A DNA stretch of 64,000 nt from Marinobacter sp. (GTDB lineage: Bacteria; Pseudomonadota; Gammaproteobacteria; Pseudomonadales; Oleiphilaceae). Of the stretch, positions 51,239-60,762 are shown in pieces. How positions within the stretch are numbered: the stretch's first letter is position 1; each line of letters begins with the position of its first letter. The DNA lies in contig JAGPVT010000114.1 in NCBI GenBank assembly GCA_018066865.1, forward strand, positions 945 through 64,944. Direction: 5' to 3'. The position numbers were made by a program, and so were the translations under genes. Below the pieces are notes generated by a model. The model saw only the letters and a program-made list of their open reading frames with translations, was not told the DNA's origin and ran no database searches.

Positions 51239-52585
51239 TTATTTAATTTTTTTGCCTCCAACTTTCACATCGTGAGGCGTTAGGTATTCGTAATTTTGAA
51301 TGCAGCTGTCTGTTAAATAATAATCTGCTTCCATTTCTCTGATGACTGTCTCCATGGAGGTCGCAGAGTCTCCAAATTTTGTTGTTTTCTCAGGTGAGTT
51401 GTATTGACTAAATTTTCTGAGATAAAAGTCAAGGGTTTCAGGTTTTTCGGATTTTATTCTGTCTATTAAGTCCATTATATGGCTTTTTCTGCTTTTTCTG
51501 CCTCTTCGGAAGGGGTTGGCGGTATTTACTTGGTCCCATAGGTAAAGTCCTATCGAGCGGCGCACGTTACTTTTCTCTACGCTCCAGCGCTTTGACATAA
51601 GCCCTTCGCTTAACCTAAGGCGATCTATTGTGGATGATAGCCTTCTACTCATTTCTTTTTTTGCCTTAGCTTTATTTCTTTCTAAACTAGCTAGCTCTTC
51701 TGATTCTGCGATTACCATAAGTCCGTTTTCATATTCCTTAATTTGATCAATCTGAAGCCTGAGTGAAGATAGTACGCTGCTAACTGTGCATTTTCCTCTA
51801 TCTATATATAAGGCTATTTTGTATTCATTGCAATCTCCAATAACCTGACTCCCAGGTCGCGGCCATAAGTTGCTTATTTTTTCTTTTATTTTTGATAGCT
51901 TGTCGTTCTCATTAATAAATACAGCCATATCCCATGGTTCGTATATTGCAGCCTGGTATTTTTTTGGTGATATTTGGATGCCTGGAGGGTGATCTCCTTT
52001 TTTGTTAAAAACAAAAAAAGGAATTGGGTTAAGGTCTTTGATTTTAAGATTTTTTATAATGAACGCTTCCATAAGTTCTTCTGAGCAAATTTGAGTTTGC
52101 CAAAGCTCAGTTATGGGGAACCCGTACTTGTAAGTTAGATTATGCAGCCAAAATACGACGGCTTCCTCATCGCTGCTGAGCTTATTGATAAATGCGTCAT
52201 AGAGGGCAAGTTGCTCTTCAAAAAGAATGTCGATAAAGCCGTCTGCGAAGTGCCTTTTATGGAAGGCATATGTGATTCCGAAGCAAAATCCACTTAGTTC
52301 CGCTGCCAATTGTTCACTGCTTGGTGAAATCTGCCAGGATTCAGAAGGTGAAAATTTTTCTAGTAGGAGCGAAGTTTCCTCGACCAGTCGGCTGGGCTCT
52401 GGCACGCCGAGATTATCAGGGCCATGCGGTTGCCTAAATTCACGTTGGGCGTGACGGCTAGAGTATAAAAAGAGCCACAGATCACGGTGTTTTTGCTCGG
52501 CAAAACATTCATCTCGTGTGTTCTGCAAATCGCGATAAGTCTTTGATGGCGATGTTCTTTCCATATTTTTACAGCTATCTCCCAT
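51239..52585 (-). CDS. Hypothetical protein (AT-rich, divergent from alpA)
   Basis: 448-aa ORF in a very AT-rich stretch; no motif recognised; start uncertain. Confidence 0.7.
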   Translation of the reverse strand: MGDSCKNMERTSPSKTYRDLQNTRDECFAEQKHRDLWLFLYSSRHAQREFRQPHGPDNLGVPEPSRLVEETSLLLEKFSPSESWQISPSSEQLAAELSGFCFGITYAFHKRHFADGFIDILFEEQLALYDAFINKLSSDEEAVVFWLHNLTYKYGFPITELWQTQICSEELMEAFIIKNLKIKDLNPIPFFVFNKKGDHPPGIQISPKKYQAAIYEPWDMAVFINENDKLSKIKEKISNLWPRPGSQVIGDCNEYKIALYIDRGKCTVSSVLSSLRLQIDQIKEYENGLMVIAESEELASLERNKAKAKKEMSRRLSSTIDRLRLSEGLMSKRWSVEKSNVRRSIGLYLWDQVNTANPFRRGRKSRKSHIMDLIDRIKSEKPETLDFYLRKFSQYNSPEKTTKFGDSATSMETVIREMEADYYLTDSCIQNYEYLTPHDVKVGGKKIK

Positions 52586-52663
52586 GGGGTATTGATGTCG
52601 TTATTTGGAACAGTCTGATTCCATTGTAGCTGAACCCACAGCGTACTTTGTGCAGGAGGCTGT

Positions 52664-52894
52664 ATGAACGCAACATCAATAACTACCACTCCACCATTGA
52701 GGATCCTAAAAATCGATGAGGTCCTTGAAATGACCTCGATCTCCCGAGCAACTCATTTTGCAAAACTGAATGCAAAATCTAAAAGCTACGATCCGGATTA
52801 TCCCAAACCCCTCAAACTGGGCCCTCGGTCCGTTGGTTACGTTGAGCAGGAAGTCATTGATTGGCTCCAGGCAAGAATGGAGGCTCGGTTATGA
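52664..52894 (+). CDS. AlpA family regulator
   Basis: ILKIDEVLEMTSISRAT...DPDYPKPLKLGPRSVGYVEQEVIDWL; AGGAGG RBS. Confidence 0.9.
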   Translation: MNATSITTTPPLRILKIDEVLEMTSISRATHFAKLNAKSKSYDPDYPKPLKLGPRSVGYVEQEVIDWLQARMEARL

Positions 52895-54402
52895 ACATGG
52901 TTAATCGTCTCCCATTGCTTCCGGAAATTAATCTGCCGCTGGAGAGTCCTCGCTCATGCCCTTTGACGGCGGGAGTTGTCGGCTCGTTGGTCTCCAAAAC
53001 CCAGGCCCCACCCGATTTGATTCTAATGCAAACTTTGTCGGCTTTTTCCCTCCTTTTGCAAGGGGTGATAAATGTAGAGCGTCCGGGGGTTGGAGTGGGG
53101 CCAGTATCGCTTTTTGAGTTAACGATTGCTGATTCTGGTGAGAGAAAATCCACGGTCTCCCGGTTGTTGGGAAAACCTTTTGTTGAGTTTCAATCGAGCC
53201 AAAACGATGAGTACGCAGAAAAACTGGCCTACCACGAAGCCGAAGCCGAGGTTTTTGACGATAGGGTAAAGACACTAAAGAAAAAAATTAAAAGCCAGCT
53301 CAAGAAGGGGGCGAGCGCTGATGAGTTGATGCTTGAACTGGCTAGCCTGAAGCAGGCGGCACCTCAGAAGCCAAAAAGAATTCAGCTGATTTATGAGGAC
53401 GCTACAACCGAGGCAATTGCCCATGAGTTGAGCACAGGATGGGGAAACGCAGCTCTAGTGTCTGATGAGGGTGCCACCATTTTGAGTGGCAGAATTGTTC
53501 AGGACTTGCCTCGGCTTAACAAGCTGTGGTCTGCCGAGTCGTTCACTGTTAACCGTAAAAGCTCCGATAATTTCACCGTGCATGATGCGCGGTTGACGAT
53601 TTCCGTTATGGCACAGCCAAGAGCAGTAGAAAGATTCATGAAAAAGAGAGGGGATGAATCACTGGGAATTGGCTTTTTGGCGCGCTTTTTGGTGTGTAAT
53701 CCGATGAGCACGCAAGGTAGTCGATTTTTGCGTGGAAGCTTTGAAGGTGATGAGGATGGTTATCAAAATTACCTTCGAAAAGCCGATGAAATACTTTGCA
53801 AGCTAAAGGGCCGCGCTCAAAATTCGGAGGCTGATAAAACGCTAATGCGGTTTGCTGAGGAGGCAAAAAATTATTGGATTGGTCTCTATAATAGAATTGA
53901 AGCACATCTACAAATAAATGGTCGATTTGAGTATGCGCGTGATCATGGTTCCAAATTAGCAGAGAATATTGCTCGTATTGCGGCACTATTGTCCTGTATT
54001 GAGTACGGGGAGGGTGAACGGATATCAATTGATGTGCTGATGGATGCAGAAAGGATCGCTTTTTATTTTTCCGATGTTTTCCTGAGGTGCTTCGAGTCGC
54101 TTCCTGAATATGTTAAGGATACTAATGCTCTGCGAGAATATTTTCAGTCTGTGCGGGAAGATGGTCGCCGCTACATAAAGAAAAATAAAATTCGTCAAAG
54201 TGGGCCGCCCCGTATGAGAGATAAGTCAGCGCTGAATTACGCACTTGATAGCTTGGAGCAATATAGAGAGGTGTCTGTTGCCATTATCAATAGCGGCATG
54301 GTGGTTATTGATTTGTATCCCAACTATCCGCCAGATCCTGAGCAGTGGCGAATTTTCTGCTGTGAGAACGGAATGGCTCAATCTTATCAGTTCAGAAGTT
54401 GA
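52891..54402 (+). CDS. YfjI / DUF3987 family P-loop protein
   Basis: IADSGERKST, EDATTEA, SDEG, LTISVMAQP, GFLARFL; ATGA overlap with alpA. Confidence 0.88.
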   Translation: MNMVNRLPLLPEINLPLESPRSCPLTAGVVGSLVSKTQAPPDLILMQTLSAFSLLLQGVINVERPGVGVGPVSLFELTIADSGERKSTVSRLLGKPFVEFQSSQNDEYAEKLAYHEAEAEVFDDRVKTLKKKIKSQLKKGASADELMLELASLKQAAPQKPKRIQLIYEDATTEAIAHELSTGWGNAALVSDEGATILSGRIVQDLPRLNKLWSAESFTVNRKSSDNFTVHDARLTISVMAQPRAVERFMKKRGDESLGIGFLARFLVCNPMSTQGSRFLRGSFEGDEDGYQNYLRKADEILCKLKGRAQNSEADKTLMRFAEEAKNYWIGLYNRIEAHLQINGRFEYARDHGSKLAENIARIAALLSCIEYGEGERISIDVLMDAERIAFYFSDVFLRCFESLPEYVKDTNALREYFQSVREDGRRYIKKNKIRQSGPPRMRDKSALNYALDSLEQYREVSVAIINSGMVVIDLYPNYPPDPEQWRIFCCENGMAQSYQFRS

Positions 54403-54428
54403 TGGGTCAGTATAGTATGAGCGAGTGC

Positions 54429-54472
54429 AAACCCTGCTATTTCTGATATTCGTATCAGAAATAGCAGGGTTT
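54429..54472. repeat. Perfect 20-bp inverted repeat with TTCG loop
   Basis: aaaccctgctatttctgata-ttcg-tatcagaaatagcagggttt. Confidence 0.9.
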
Positions 54473-54864
54473 CTGCGGGTATTGAATCGGGGCGAGTAGT
54501 CTTGGTTCAGGTTTTTAGTAAATTTATATTGGCCGATGCTTTGTTCATAGTGATTTTATATTTAGTACGACATCCGCGGACTGGTCAAGGATGACGTCAT
54601 TTAGGGTGTTGTCACCGAGGTTGGCGCACCACAGATAGGTGGGCAGCTGTCTTTTGATCATGCTGGACTGAGTGACTTTAATTAAACGAAGTAATTTATA
54701 TTTTGTAATGATCAGTTACGACGTTAACTTTTAAACGCTCCTACCCATTAAATATGCACTTAAACGTTGAAGATGGTTGAAAATGTAACCGAAATAACCT
54801 AAATGATTGAGTTGGATACTTTTGGGTTTCTATGTTATTGGTTGCAGAGTTCATCACATAAATG

Positions 54865-54906
54865 GATATAGATATAGATATAGCTATAGATATGGATGTA
54901 GACACA
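54865..54906 (+). repeat. Degenerate GATATA hexamer tandem repeat (7 units)
   Basis: gatata gatata gatata gctata gatatg gatgta gacaca. Confidence 0.7.
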
Positions 54907-55107
54907 GAAAAGAGAAAGGGCTCACACAGTGAAAGCCCAATAAAAGCAGCAATGGTTAATCAACAAGAAATAGCGATGAGGTGGGGGTGATTCCCAAAAG
55001 AATCACGCTGAAATTTCAGCAAATAAAACCTGATAGTAGAATAATTTCTTACAGCCCAGGTAATGCTATGAGGAGAACGCCTGACTCATTTAACCTGGAG
55101 ACTGAAA

Positions 55108-56247
55108 ATGGACCAATACGCCTACCACGATACCCCGACAGACGAAGAGATGCTGGATTGGTTGGGCGGATTACACAGCGGTCAAATCATTACTAATCCG
55201 CTAGGCCAGCCAATTACGATGCCCTCAGATTACCACTGGCGCAACGACCTAGTTTGGGTCGACCAACAGTTGAAAGCTATGGCTAATGCGCGGCATGCTC
55301 TTGATCACCAGCGGTTGATTCAACCAGAAGCTTTCGGCGCCGAGATGGTTATGTTGGCTCCAGATCCATTGTTAGATGCGCTGACTACAGTCTTCACCGT
55401 ATTAGTGACCTTGTTTGAGAAGACGGATATTGGTCAGCACTATCGACCCAGTCCCTACGCTACTCGTTTCCTGTGGGCCTTCGGTCAGTGCGGATACCTG
55501 CACGAGACGGGATTTCGTCAACCACCCGCAATGAGCCGTCACGCGGCAGAACAGGTGCTCACAGATCTCAATCAACGCCTGGAGGCCTGGTACCACAGCA
55601 TGGGACAGCCGGACTTTGCATACGAGTGTAATCGCAACCGACGCAATAGCCGCGACAATTACAAGCGCCTCTGTGAGCTCATGGAAGCACTCTTTGAGTG
55701 CCATAGTCGCCTAATGGTTGTCCGGGTAGACCTGGGCTACAGTGAGTTCGACAGCCCCTACATCGACTATGAAACGGCTCGTTACCACCGAGAACAACTC
55801 TGCCTCGCCTTTAACACCCATTCCCTGTTCAACCATCAGTTGGGGTACGCCTGGAAGCTGGAATGGCAACCCAAGAAGGGCTTCCATTACCATTTCATCT
55901 TCTTCTTTGACGGTCATCAGTGCCGAGAGGACGTTACGCAAGCCCGCCTCATCGGGGAGCTATGGCAGCAAACCATCACCGGTAATCAGGGTCTTTACTA
56001 CAACTGCAACCTCGATGCTGAGCGCCGCTACCACTACAACGCCATGGGATGTATTGACTACCACGAATTCCAGAAAAAGCGTGGGCTTTTCGAGATAGCG
56101 AAGTATCTGACAAAGGTCGACGAGTACGCAGCCATGTTGGTTAAAGACAGGACCTTTCAGACGAGCCGAAAACCGTGCAGTCAGGACGGACCACGTCGTG
56201 GGCGGCCTCGCTTATATCAGAGCACGCCTTTGAATTCTGGACTCTGA
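55108..56247 (+). CDS. YagK/YfjJ (inovirus Gp2-like) family protein with HUH-like motifs
   Basis: SRLMVVRVDLGY, GYAWKLE...KGFHYHFIFFFDG, YLTK. Confidence 0.85.
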   Translation: MDQYAYHDTPTDEEMLDWLGGLHSGQIITNPLGQPITMPSDYHWRNDLVWVDQQLKAMANARHALDHQRLIQPEAFGAEMVMLAPDPLLDALTTVFTVLVTLFEKTDIGQHYRPSPYATRFLWAFGQCGYLHETGFRQPPAMSRHAAEQVLTDLNQRLEAWYHSMGQPDFAYECNRNRRNSRDNYKRLCELMEALFECHSRLMVVRVDLGYSEFDSPYIDYETARYHREQLCLAFNTHSLFNHQLGYAWKLEWQPKKGFHYHFIFFFDGHQCREDVTQARLIGELWQQTITGNQGLYYNCNLDAERRYHYNAMGCIDYHEFQKKRGLFEIAKYLTKVDEYAAMLVKDRTFQTSRKPCSQDGPRRGRPRLYQSTPLNSGL

Positions 56248-56349
56248 GTCGACGTCGATAACGCCTAGTCTGATGTGGACACTGAGCCGCCCGGTATGAC
56301 TGTTTGAACTCTCCGACAAATACTCTGAGCAATTGAAGGAGGAAGATGT

Positions 56350-56562
56350 ATGAGAGTGCTCAGACTGGCGGAAGTAAAAGATAAAACCGGGCTGGCCAGG
56401 TCCACGCTGTACAAATACATTGATGCGGGCACATTTCCCAGACCCATCTCGCTGGGAGGTAAATCAAAAGGTTGGATTGATGCTGAAGTCCATGAGTGGT
56501 TGAAGGAGAGACAACTCGAACGTGACATACAGCATGGGCCCACTAGAGGCTGGGGCCTCTGA
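56350..56562 (+). CDS. AlpA family excisionase / regulator
   Basis: LRLAEVKDKTGLARSTLY...GTFPRPISLG...WIDAEVHEWL; convergent with the integrase. Confidence 0.92.
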   Translation: MRVLRLAEVKDKTGLARSTLYKYIDAGTFPRPISLGGKSKGWIDAEVHEWLKERQLERDIQHGPTRGWGL

Positions 56563-56699
56563 TTTTTCCGGGAAAACAGTATGGACGGTAGTGGCTTTCT
56601 ATGGACGCCTAACGAGGGCTTCCTCAGAATAACTAAGCCGCATTTCTATTACTCCCTGTAAGATCTCGACTTATTGAAATGGAGTCGAGAGTGTGGACT

Positions 56700-57911
56700 T
56701 CACCGGGGTAAGTCCATGTTGGAGCATAGCTTGTCCAGGTAATTAGACCATGCCTGCATCATTTCTCTTCGTTCATCTAAGAACTCCGTGCGGTTGTATG
56801 CGCGGCCATGCATATCCGCAACGCGATGACCTAACTGCATTTCAATCAGGTGGACGGAGTACTTGAGCTCCTCTTGGAGCAGAGTCCGCGCCATAGCCCG
56901 AAAACCGTGGGCCGTCATCTTGCCACCGTACCCCATCCGATCCAATGCTGCCTTGATAGCCACGTTACTCATGGGGCGTTTCGCATCCCGAGCATTTGGG
57001 AATACATACCGGCTCCGGTGCTTGGTAACTGGTTCTACTTCCCTCAGGAGGGTAACTGCCTGACGCGAGAGGGGCACAATCAACGGCGCGCCGTTCTTTG
57101 TGGTGGGGAGTTCCCACTGAGCCTTATCGAAATCGACATGCTCCCAAAGCATCTGCCTGGTGTCGCCAGGACGTGTAAACACCATCGGGGATAACCTCAA
57201 GGCAGCTGACGTAGCAAAGTTTCCCGGGTAGACATGGATGTCTTTAAGTAGCTGTGAGACTTCATCGGGGCGAACCAGTGCGTGCTGGTGTTTCACTTTT
57301 GTGTTGGGTAAGTAACCAGTCAGATCGCGGGTAACGTCGGAGTCGACTCTCGATGTTGCAACTGCATATCGGAACACCAGGCTGATAAGGGTTTTGACCC
57401 TGTGTGCGGTCTCTGTGTTGCCTTTTTTGACAATGGCATCCAAGACTTGCAGGACATCTGCGGGCTGAATGGAGCGAATAGGGCGCCTGGCCAGTAGGGG
57501 AAAGGTATAGATCTCCAGCCTTCTCCAGTTCCGAACGGCATGCGCTTCCGTCACCTCAACGTAGTGTTTCTGCTTGTACCAATCCTCACAGAGCGTGCGA
57601 AAGGTATTCTCGCCGTCGGATACACGCTGTGTGGACTCCCGCTGTCGATGCGCGCTGGGGTCGGTGTTCTGCTGGAGTAATGCCCTGGCTTCATCGCGAC
57701 CTCGGCGAGCATCGGCGAGAGTCACTTGTGGGTAACTGCCCAGCGATAGCGTCTTCTCGTTACCCGCAAAACGATACCTCAGCCACCAATATTTGGACTC
57801 ACCTTTGACGATCAGTGTCAGGCCGCCACCGTCTGCCAGCTTCCGTATCTTTCCGGAACCCTTGGCATTTTTTACTTCGTTGGCGGAGAGCTTATTGAGT
57901 TGGCGGGCCAT
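56700..57911 (-). CDS. P4-like tyrosine integrase
   Basis: Arm-binding N-terminus (KLADGGGL...WLRYRF...LSLGSYP.VTLADAR); catalytic R (FTRPG), K, HGFR, LGH, AYN intact; ATG 57911. Confidence 0.96.
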   Translation of the reverse strand: MARQLNKLSANEVKNAKGSGKIRKLADGGGLTLIVKGESKYWWLRYRFAGNEKTLSLGSYPQVTLADARRGRDEARALLQQNTDPSAHRQRESTQRVSDGENTFRTLCEDWYKQKHYVEVTEAHAVRNWRRLEIYTFPLLARRPIRSIQPADVLQVLDAIVKKGNTETAHRVKTLISLVFRYAVATSRVDSDVTRDLTGYLPNTKVKHQHALVRPDEVSQLLKDIHVYPGNFATSAALRLSPMVFTRPGDTRQMLWEHVDFDKAQWELPTTKNGAPLIVPLSRQAVTLLREVEPVTKHRSRYVFPNARDAKRPMSNVAIKAALDRMGYGGKMTAHGFRAMARTLLQEELKYSVHLIEMQLGHRVADMHGRAYNRTEFLDERREMMQAWSNYLDKLCSNMDLPR

Positions 57912-57923
57912 GATTGTCCAGTT

Positions 57924-57973
57924 TGTGGGTAACGACGTCTGAAAAAGTGGTGTTACCCACAATGTTACCCGCA
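57924..57973. promoter_or_regulatory. Putative integrase arm-type sites
   Basis: TGTGGGTAAC (inverted, 57924), GTTACCCACA (57952), GTTACCCGCA (57964). Confidence 0.75.
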
Positions 57974-58026
57974 AAAAGTCCTGGATCTCAATAGATCCTA
58001 ATCGACCTTGTTGGACCAGAAGGCAT

Positions 58027-58052
58027 AAAAAAAGCCCCGTTTCCGGGGCTTT
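58027..58052 (-). terminator. Rho-independent terminator downstream of ssrA
   Basis: aaagccccg-tttc-cggggcttt with an A7 run, which is a U-tail on the minus strand. Confidence 0.8.
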
Positions 58053-58081
58053 AGGGCGTTTCATTGGATCTTTTCAGACCC

Positions 58082-58110
58082 CCTGAAACTCTTGGTTGGT
58101 GGAGACGGCG
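58082..58110 (-). repeat. Proximal att core (tmRNA 3' end)
   Basis: cctgaaactcttggttggtggagacggcg, identical to 24274-24302. Confidence 0.95.
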
Positions 58111-58459
58111 GGAATTGAACCCGCGTCCGCCAGCACTGTGCCTTGAGATCTACATGCTTGTGTCCTTCTATTGATTTAACCTCTTGCGACCCGAAGGCCA
58201 GGGTGCAAAAGGCGAGTTCTTTAAATCTTAGCCGTTAGACAGTGAACTCTGGATAACGGAGCATCCCGTAAGCGATGACGTCCTGAGATGTAGCTCTGGG
58301 CTACGGGCGACCCAGTCAGGACGACTAGCAGCTTACGCTGCTAGTGAGTAGTTTTCGTCGTTTGCGACTATTGCGTTGCAGCTTTGGATTAACGAGATTG
58401 GCTGCCATCTCGACATGCACCCAAGGGTTCGCCACCAGCGTCGAAGCCATGTCGTCCCC
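58097..58459 (-). ncRNA. ssrA: Transfer-messenger RNA
   Basis: 5' GGGGACGAC...TTCGAC; 3' T-arm GGTTCAATTCC ending CTCCACCA; tag ANDENYSLAA-stop at 58365-58333; near smpB. Confidence 0.98.
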
Positions 58460-58546
58460 TTACTCACAGTATATGTGGGCGCCTCGCTTAACTTCAAGGC
58501 TTCTTTGTTGCTGTTTTGCACAGGCAAGCTTGCAATGCTCAGTATT

Positions 58547-59965
58547 TCAGCTTGCCTGGCGCTTTATATTCTCGTGCCGGCCCGCTAAAGCCGCATGGCT
58601 CATGGCTTCGAAGCTTTCGCGGAAGTAGCCCATCACGGCATTCGGGTCTGCGTGAATGGCTTTGTCTACGGTAATGCCAAATTGCACGGTACCAGCGTAG
58701 CTGAAAATGCTCATACCAATACCGATATTGCCACTTTGTGGAACCCAGAACATGGGTTGTATCAGCTTGCTACCAGCCAGATATACCGGCTCTTTGGGCC
58801 CGGGTACGTTGGTGAGTACCGCTGAGGCTTTGTTGCTCAGTAAGTCCAGCGCTCGTCGCTCCAGAATATCCGGGCCACGCCCAAACAGATCGAGCAGGCT
58901 GTAGGTAACCTGAGCCTGATAGGACTGTTTGAGGCGGGTCATGTTTTCCTGAACCTGGCGGAAGCACATTACCGGGTCTTCGATTTCGACCGGCAGGCAC
59001 GCCAGAACCAGGCCAAACTGGTTTCCCAGGGTTTCGATGGGCTGGTTGAGCGGCCGAAGGTTGAAGGGCACCGCGACACGGATGCCACAATCCGGAATAA
59101 CTTCCTTGCTCGCTTTGAAATGTCTGTGCAGAGCACCAGTGGCCGCGCAGAGTAGTGCGTCGTTGATGGTACCGCCCAGCGCTTTCGCGCAGGCTTTTAC
59201 TTCAGCCAGGTCCAGCGGTTCCGCCCAGGCAACTTGCTTGCGCCCTGAGAGCGGGCTTTTCAGACAGGTTTTCGGCTCGAACGGTGAAAGCCCTAGTTTG
59301 AGCAGGTCTGCAGCAACGTCGCTGGCAGTGCTTATCAGCTTCAAAGGGTAGTTGGGCTCTTCGCGCACGGATTGGATAAACAGCCTGGCCTGGTGCGTTG
59401 CAGCCTCAGTGGTATCCAGGACGCGGTGCAGAAACTTGCTGATGGTCGAGGATTTGCTTTGCTGCCGAGGCCGGGACGGAAACGTTGTTTGCTTGTGAGG
59501 CTCCGGCGTCTTGTCGGTCAGGGAGAGAAGCACCCGTACCAATGAAATACCATCCGCAATGCAATGATGGATACGGATCAGAAGCGCGCAGCCGCCATCG
59601 TAGTTGTCGATATAGTGAATTTGCCAAAGGGGATGTCGCAGATCCAACGATGTGCTGTTGAGGTCGCTGGTCAGCGCCTGAAGCTCTGCTTTCCCGGCTT
59701 TTCCGGGAAGTGCTATCCGGTGCAGGTGGTTGTCGATATCGAAGAGAGGGTCGTCTTGCCAGTAAACCTTGTTACCTTCATCAACAACCCTCTGGCGAAA
59801 CCGCTGAAAACGCAGGAAACGCTCATTCAGAAGGTGTCTCAGCCGGTTGATGGCAATTGGCTTATCAAATACCAGAACCGTCGAGATCATCATCGGATTG
59901 CTGGGCGTGTCCATCCGCAACCACGAGCGATCAACAGCCGCCATCGGAATCCGTTTAGGTGACAT
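58547..59965 (-). CDS. Wax ester synthase / diacylglycerol acyltransferase (WS/DGAT)
   Basis: DRSWLRMD..NPM, HHCIADG, TINDAL, TNVPGP, SYAG; GGAGG RBS before ATG 59965. Confidence 0.93.
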   Translation of the reverse strand: MSPKRIPMAAVDRSWLRMDTPSNPMMISTVLVFDKPIAINRLRHLLNERFLRFQRFRQRVVDEGNKVYWQDDPLFDIDNHLHRIALPGKAGKAELQALTSDLNSTSLDLRHPLWQIHYIDNYDGGCALLIRIHHCIADGISLVRVLLSLTDKTPEPHKQTTFPSRPRQQSKSSTISKFLHRVLDTTEAATHQARLFIQSVREEPNYPLKLISTASDVAADLLKLGLSPFEPKTCLKSPLSGRKQVAWAEPLDLAEVKACAKALGGTINDALLCAATGALHRHFKASKEVIPDCGIRVAVPFNLRPLNQPIETLGNQFGLVLACLPVEIEDPVMCFRQVQENMTRLKQSYQAQVTYSLLDLFGRGPDILERRALDLLSNKASAVLTNVPGPKEPVYLAGSKLIQPMFWVPQSGNIGIGMSIFSYAGTVQFGITVDKAIHADPNAVMGYFRESFEAMSHAALAGRHENIKRQAS

Positions 59966-60104
59966 AAGCCCTCCCCCTGCGGTGTGCCGTAACCCGGCAG
60001 TATAAGCAGGGTAAAAAACGGTGCATAGAGGAAGAGTATGCGACACAAGACGTTGCTCGCTCATGACGCGGATCAGAAAAATTGCTGCTTGTAATGGCTG
60101 CCGG

Positions 60105-60584
60105 TCAGGCGTTTCCTTCACGCAGGATGCGCTGTTTTTGGCGGTCCCAGTCGCGTTCTTTCTCCGTAGCGCGCTTGTCGAACAGCTTCTTGCCCTTCAC
60201 CAGGGCGATTTCACACTTCACTTTGTTCTTTTTCCAGTACAGCGCCAGCGGCACGCAGGTTTGGCCGGCCTGGCTCGTTTCCCCGATCAGCTTGGCCAGC
60301 TCTTTGGCGTGCAGCAGCAGTTTGCGGGTTCGGGTGGGGTCAGCAATAACGTGGGTGGAAGCTGTGGTAAGTGGCTCAAAGTGCCCGCCCAGCAGGAATG
60401 CTTCGCCACCTTTCAGCAAAACATAGGCATCGGTGATCTGGGCCTTGCCAGCTCGTAGTGATTTTACTTCCCAGCCGAGTAAAACCATCCCCGCTTCAAA
60501 GCGTTCTTCTATATGGTATTCGTGCTTCGCCTTCTTGTTAAGGGCGATGGTACCGCTTGGCGTACCGGCTTTTTTCTTGCTCAT
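60105..60584 (-). CDS. smpB: SsrA-binding protein
   Basis: [39 protein letters not shown]. Confidence 0.98.
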   Translation of the reverse strand: MSKKKAGTPSGTIALNKKAKHEYHIEERFEAGMVLLGWEVKSLRAGKAQITDAYVLLKGGEAFLLGGHFEPLTTASTHVIADPTRTRKLLLHAKELAKLIGETSQAGQTCVPLALYWKKNKVKCEIALVKGKKLFDKRATEKERDWDRQKQRILREGNA

Positions 60585-60762
60585 GAATCAGTTATCCGGG
60601 TTCGGACGAGTGAACGGGCCGACCGGACTCAGGTCGGCAAAACGCGCATTGTAGCCCAGGAGTGCCAGATTGGTCACGAAATGGCCGCCGAAGGCGCTGC
60701 CGGTTCGTATGTAATCGAGTCCTTCGGCTACACTATCTGGCCAGACTCTTTCAGAGGCGCAA

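Larger units (their letters stand above)
24274..58110. mobile_element. ~33.8 kb ssrA-integrated genomic island (P4-like integrase, CP4-57-like backbone, defence cargo)
   Basis: Direct repeats of the tmRNA 3' end, an integrase next to ssrA, two AlpA, DUF3987, a YfjJ/Gp2-like gene, DUF932 and AT-rich cargo. Confidence 0.95.

Noticed and set aside
54865-54906. CRISPR array or classical iterons
   Set aside because: Short degenerate hexamers without spacers; no cas genes or repeat-spacer pattern seen in the window
57912-58064. 51-aa N-terminal extension of the integrase
   Set aside because: It spans the arm sites and terminator; the typical integrase N-terminus begins at ATG 57911
24274-58110. 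Prophage or ICE
   Set aside because: No capsid, terminase, tail, lysis or type IV secretion genes recognised
58333-58628. Short ORFs overlapping ssrA
   Set aside because: Only the tag ANDENYSLAA is meaningful; the rest is tmRNA structure
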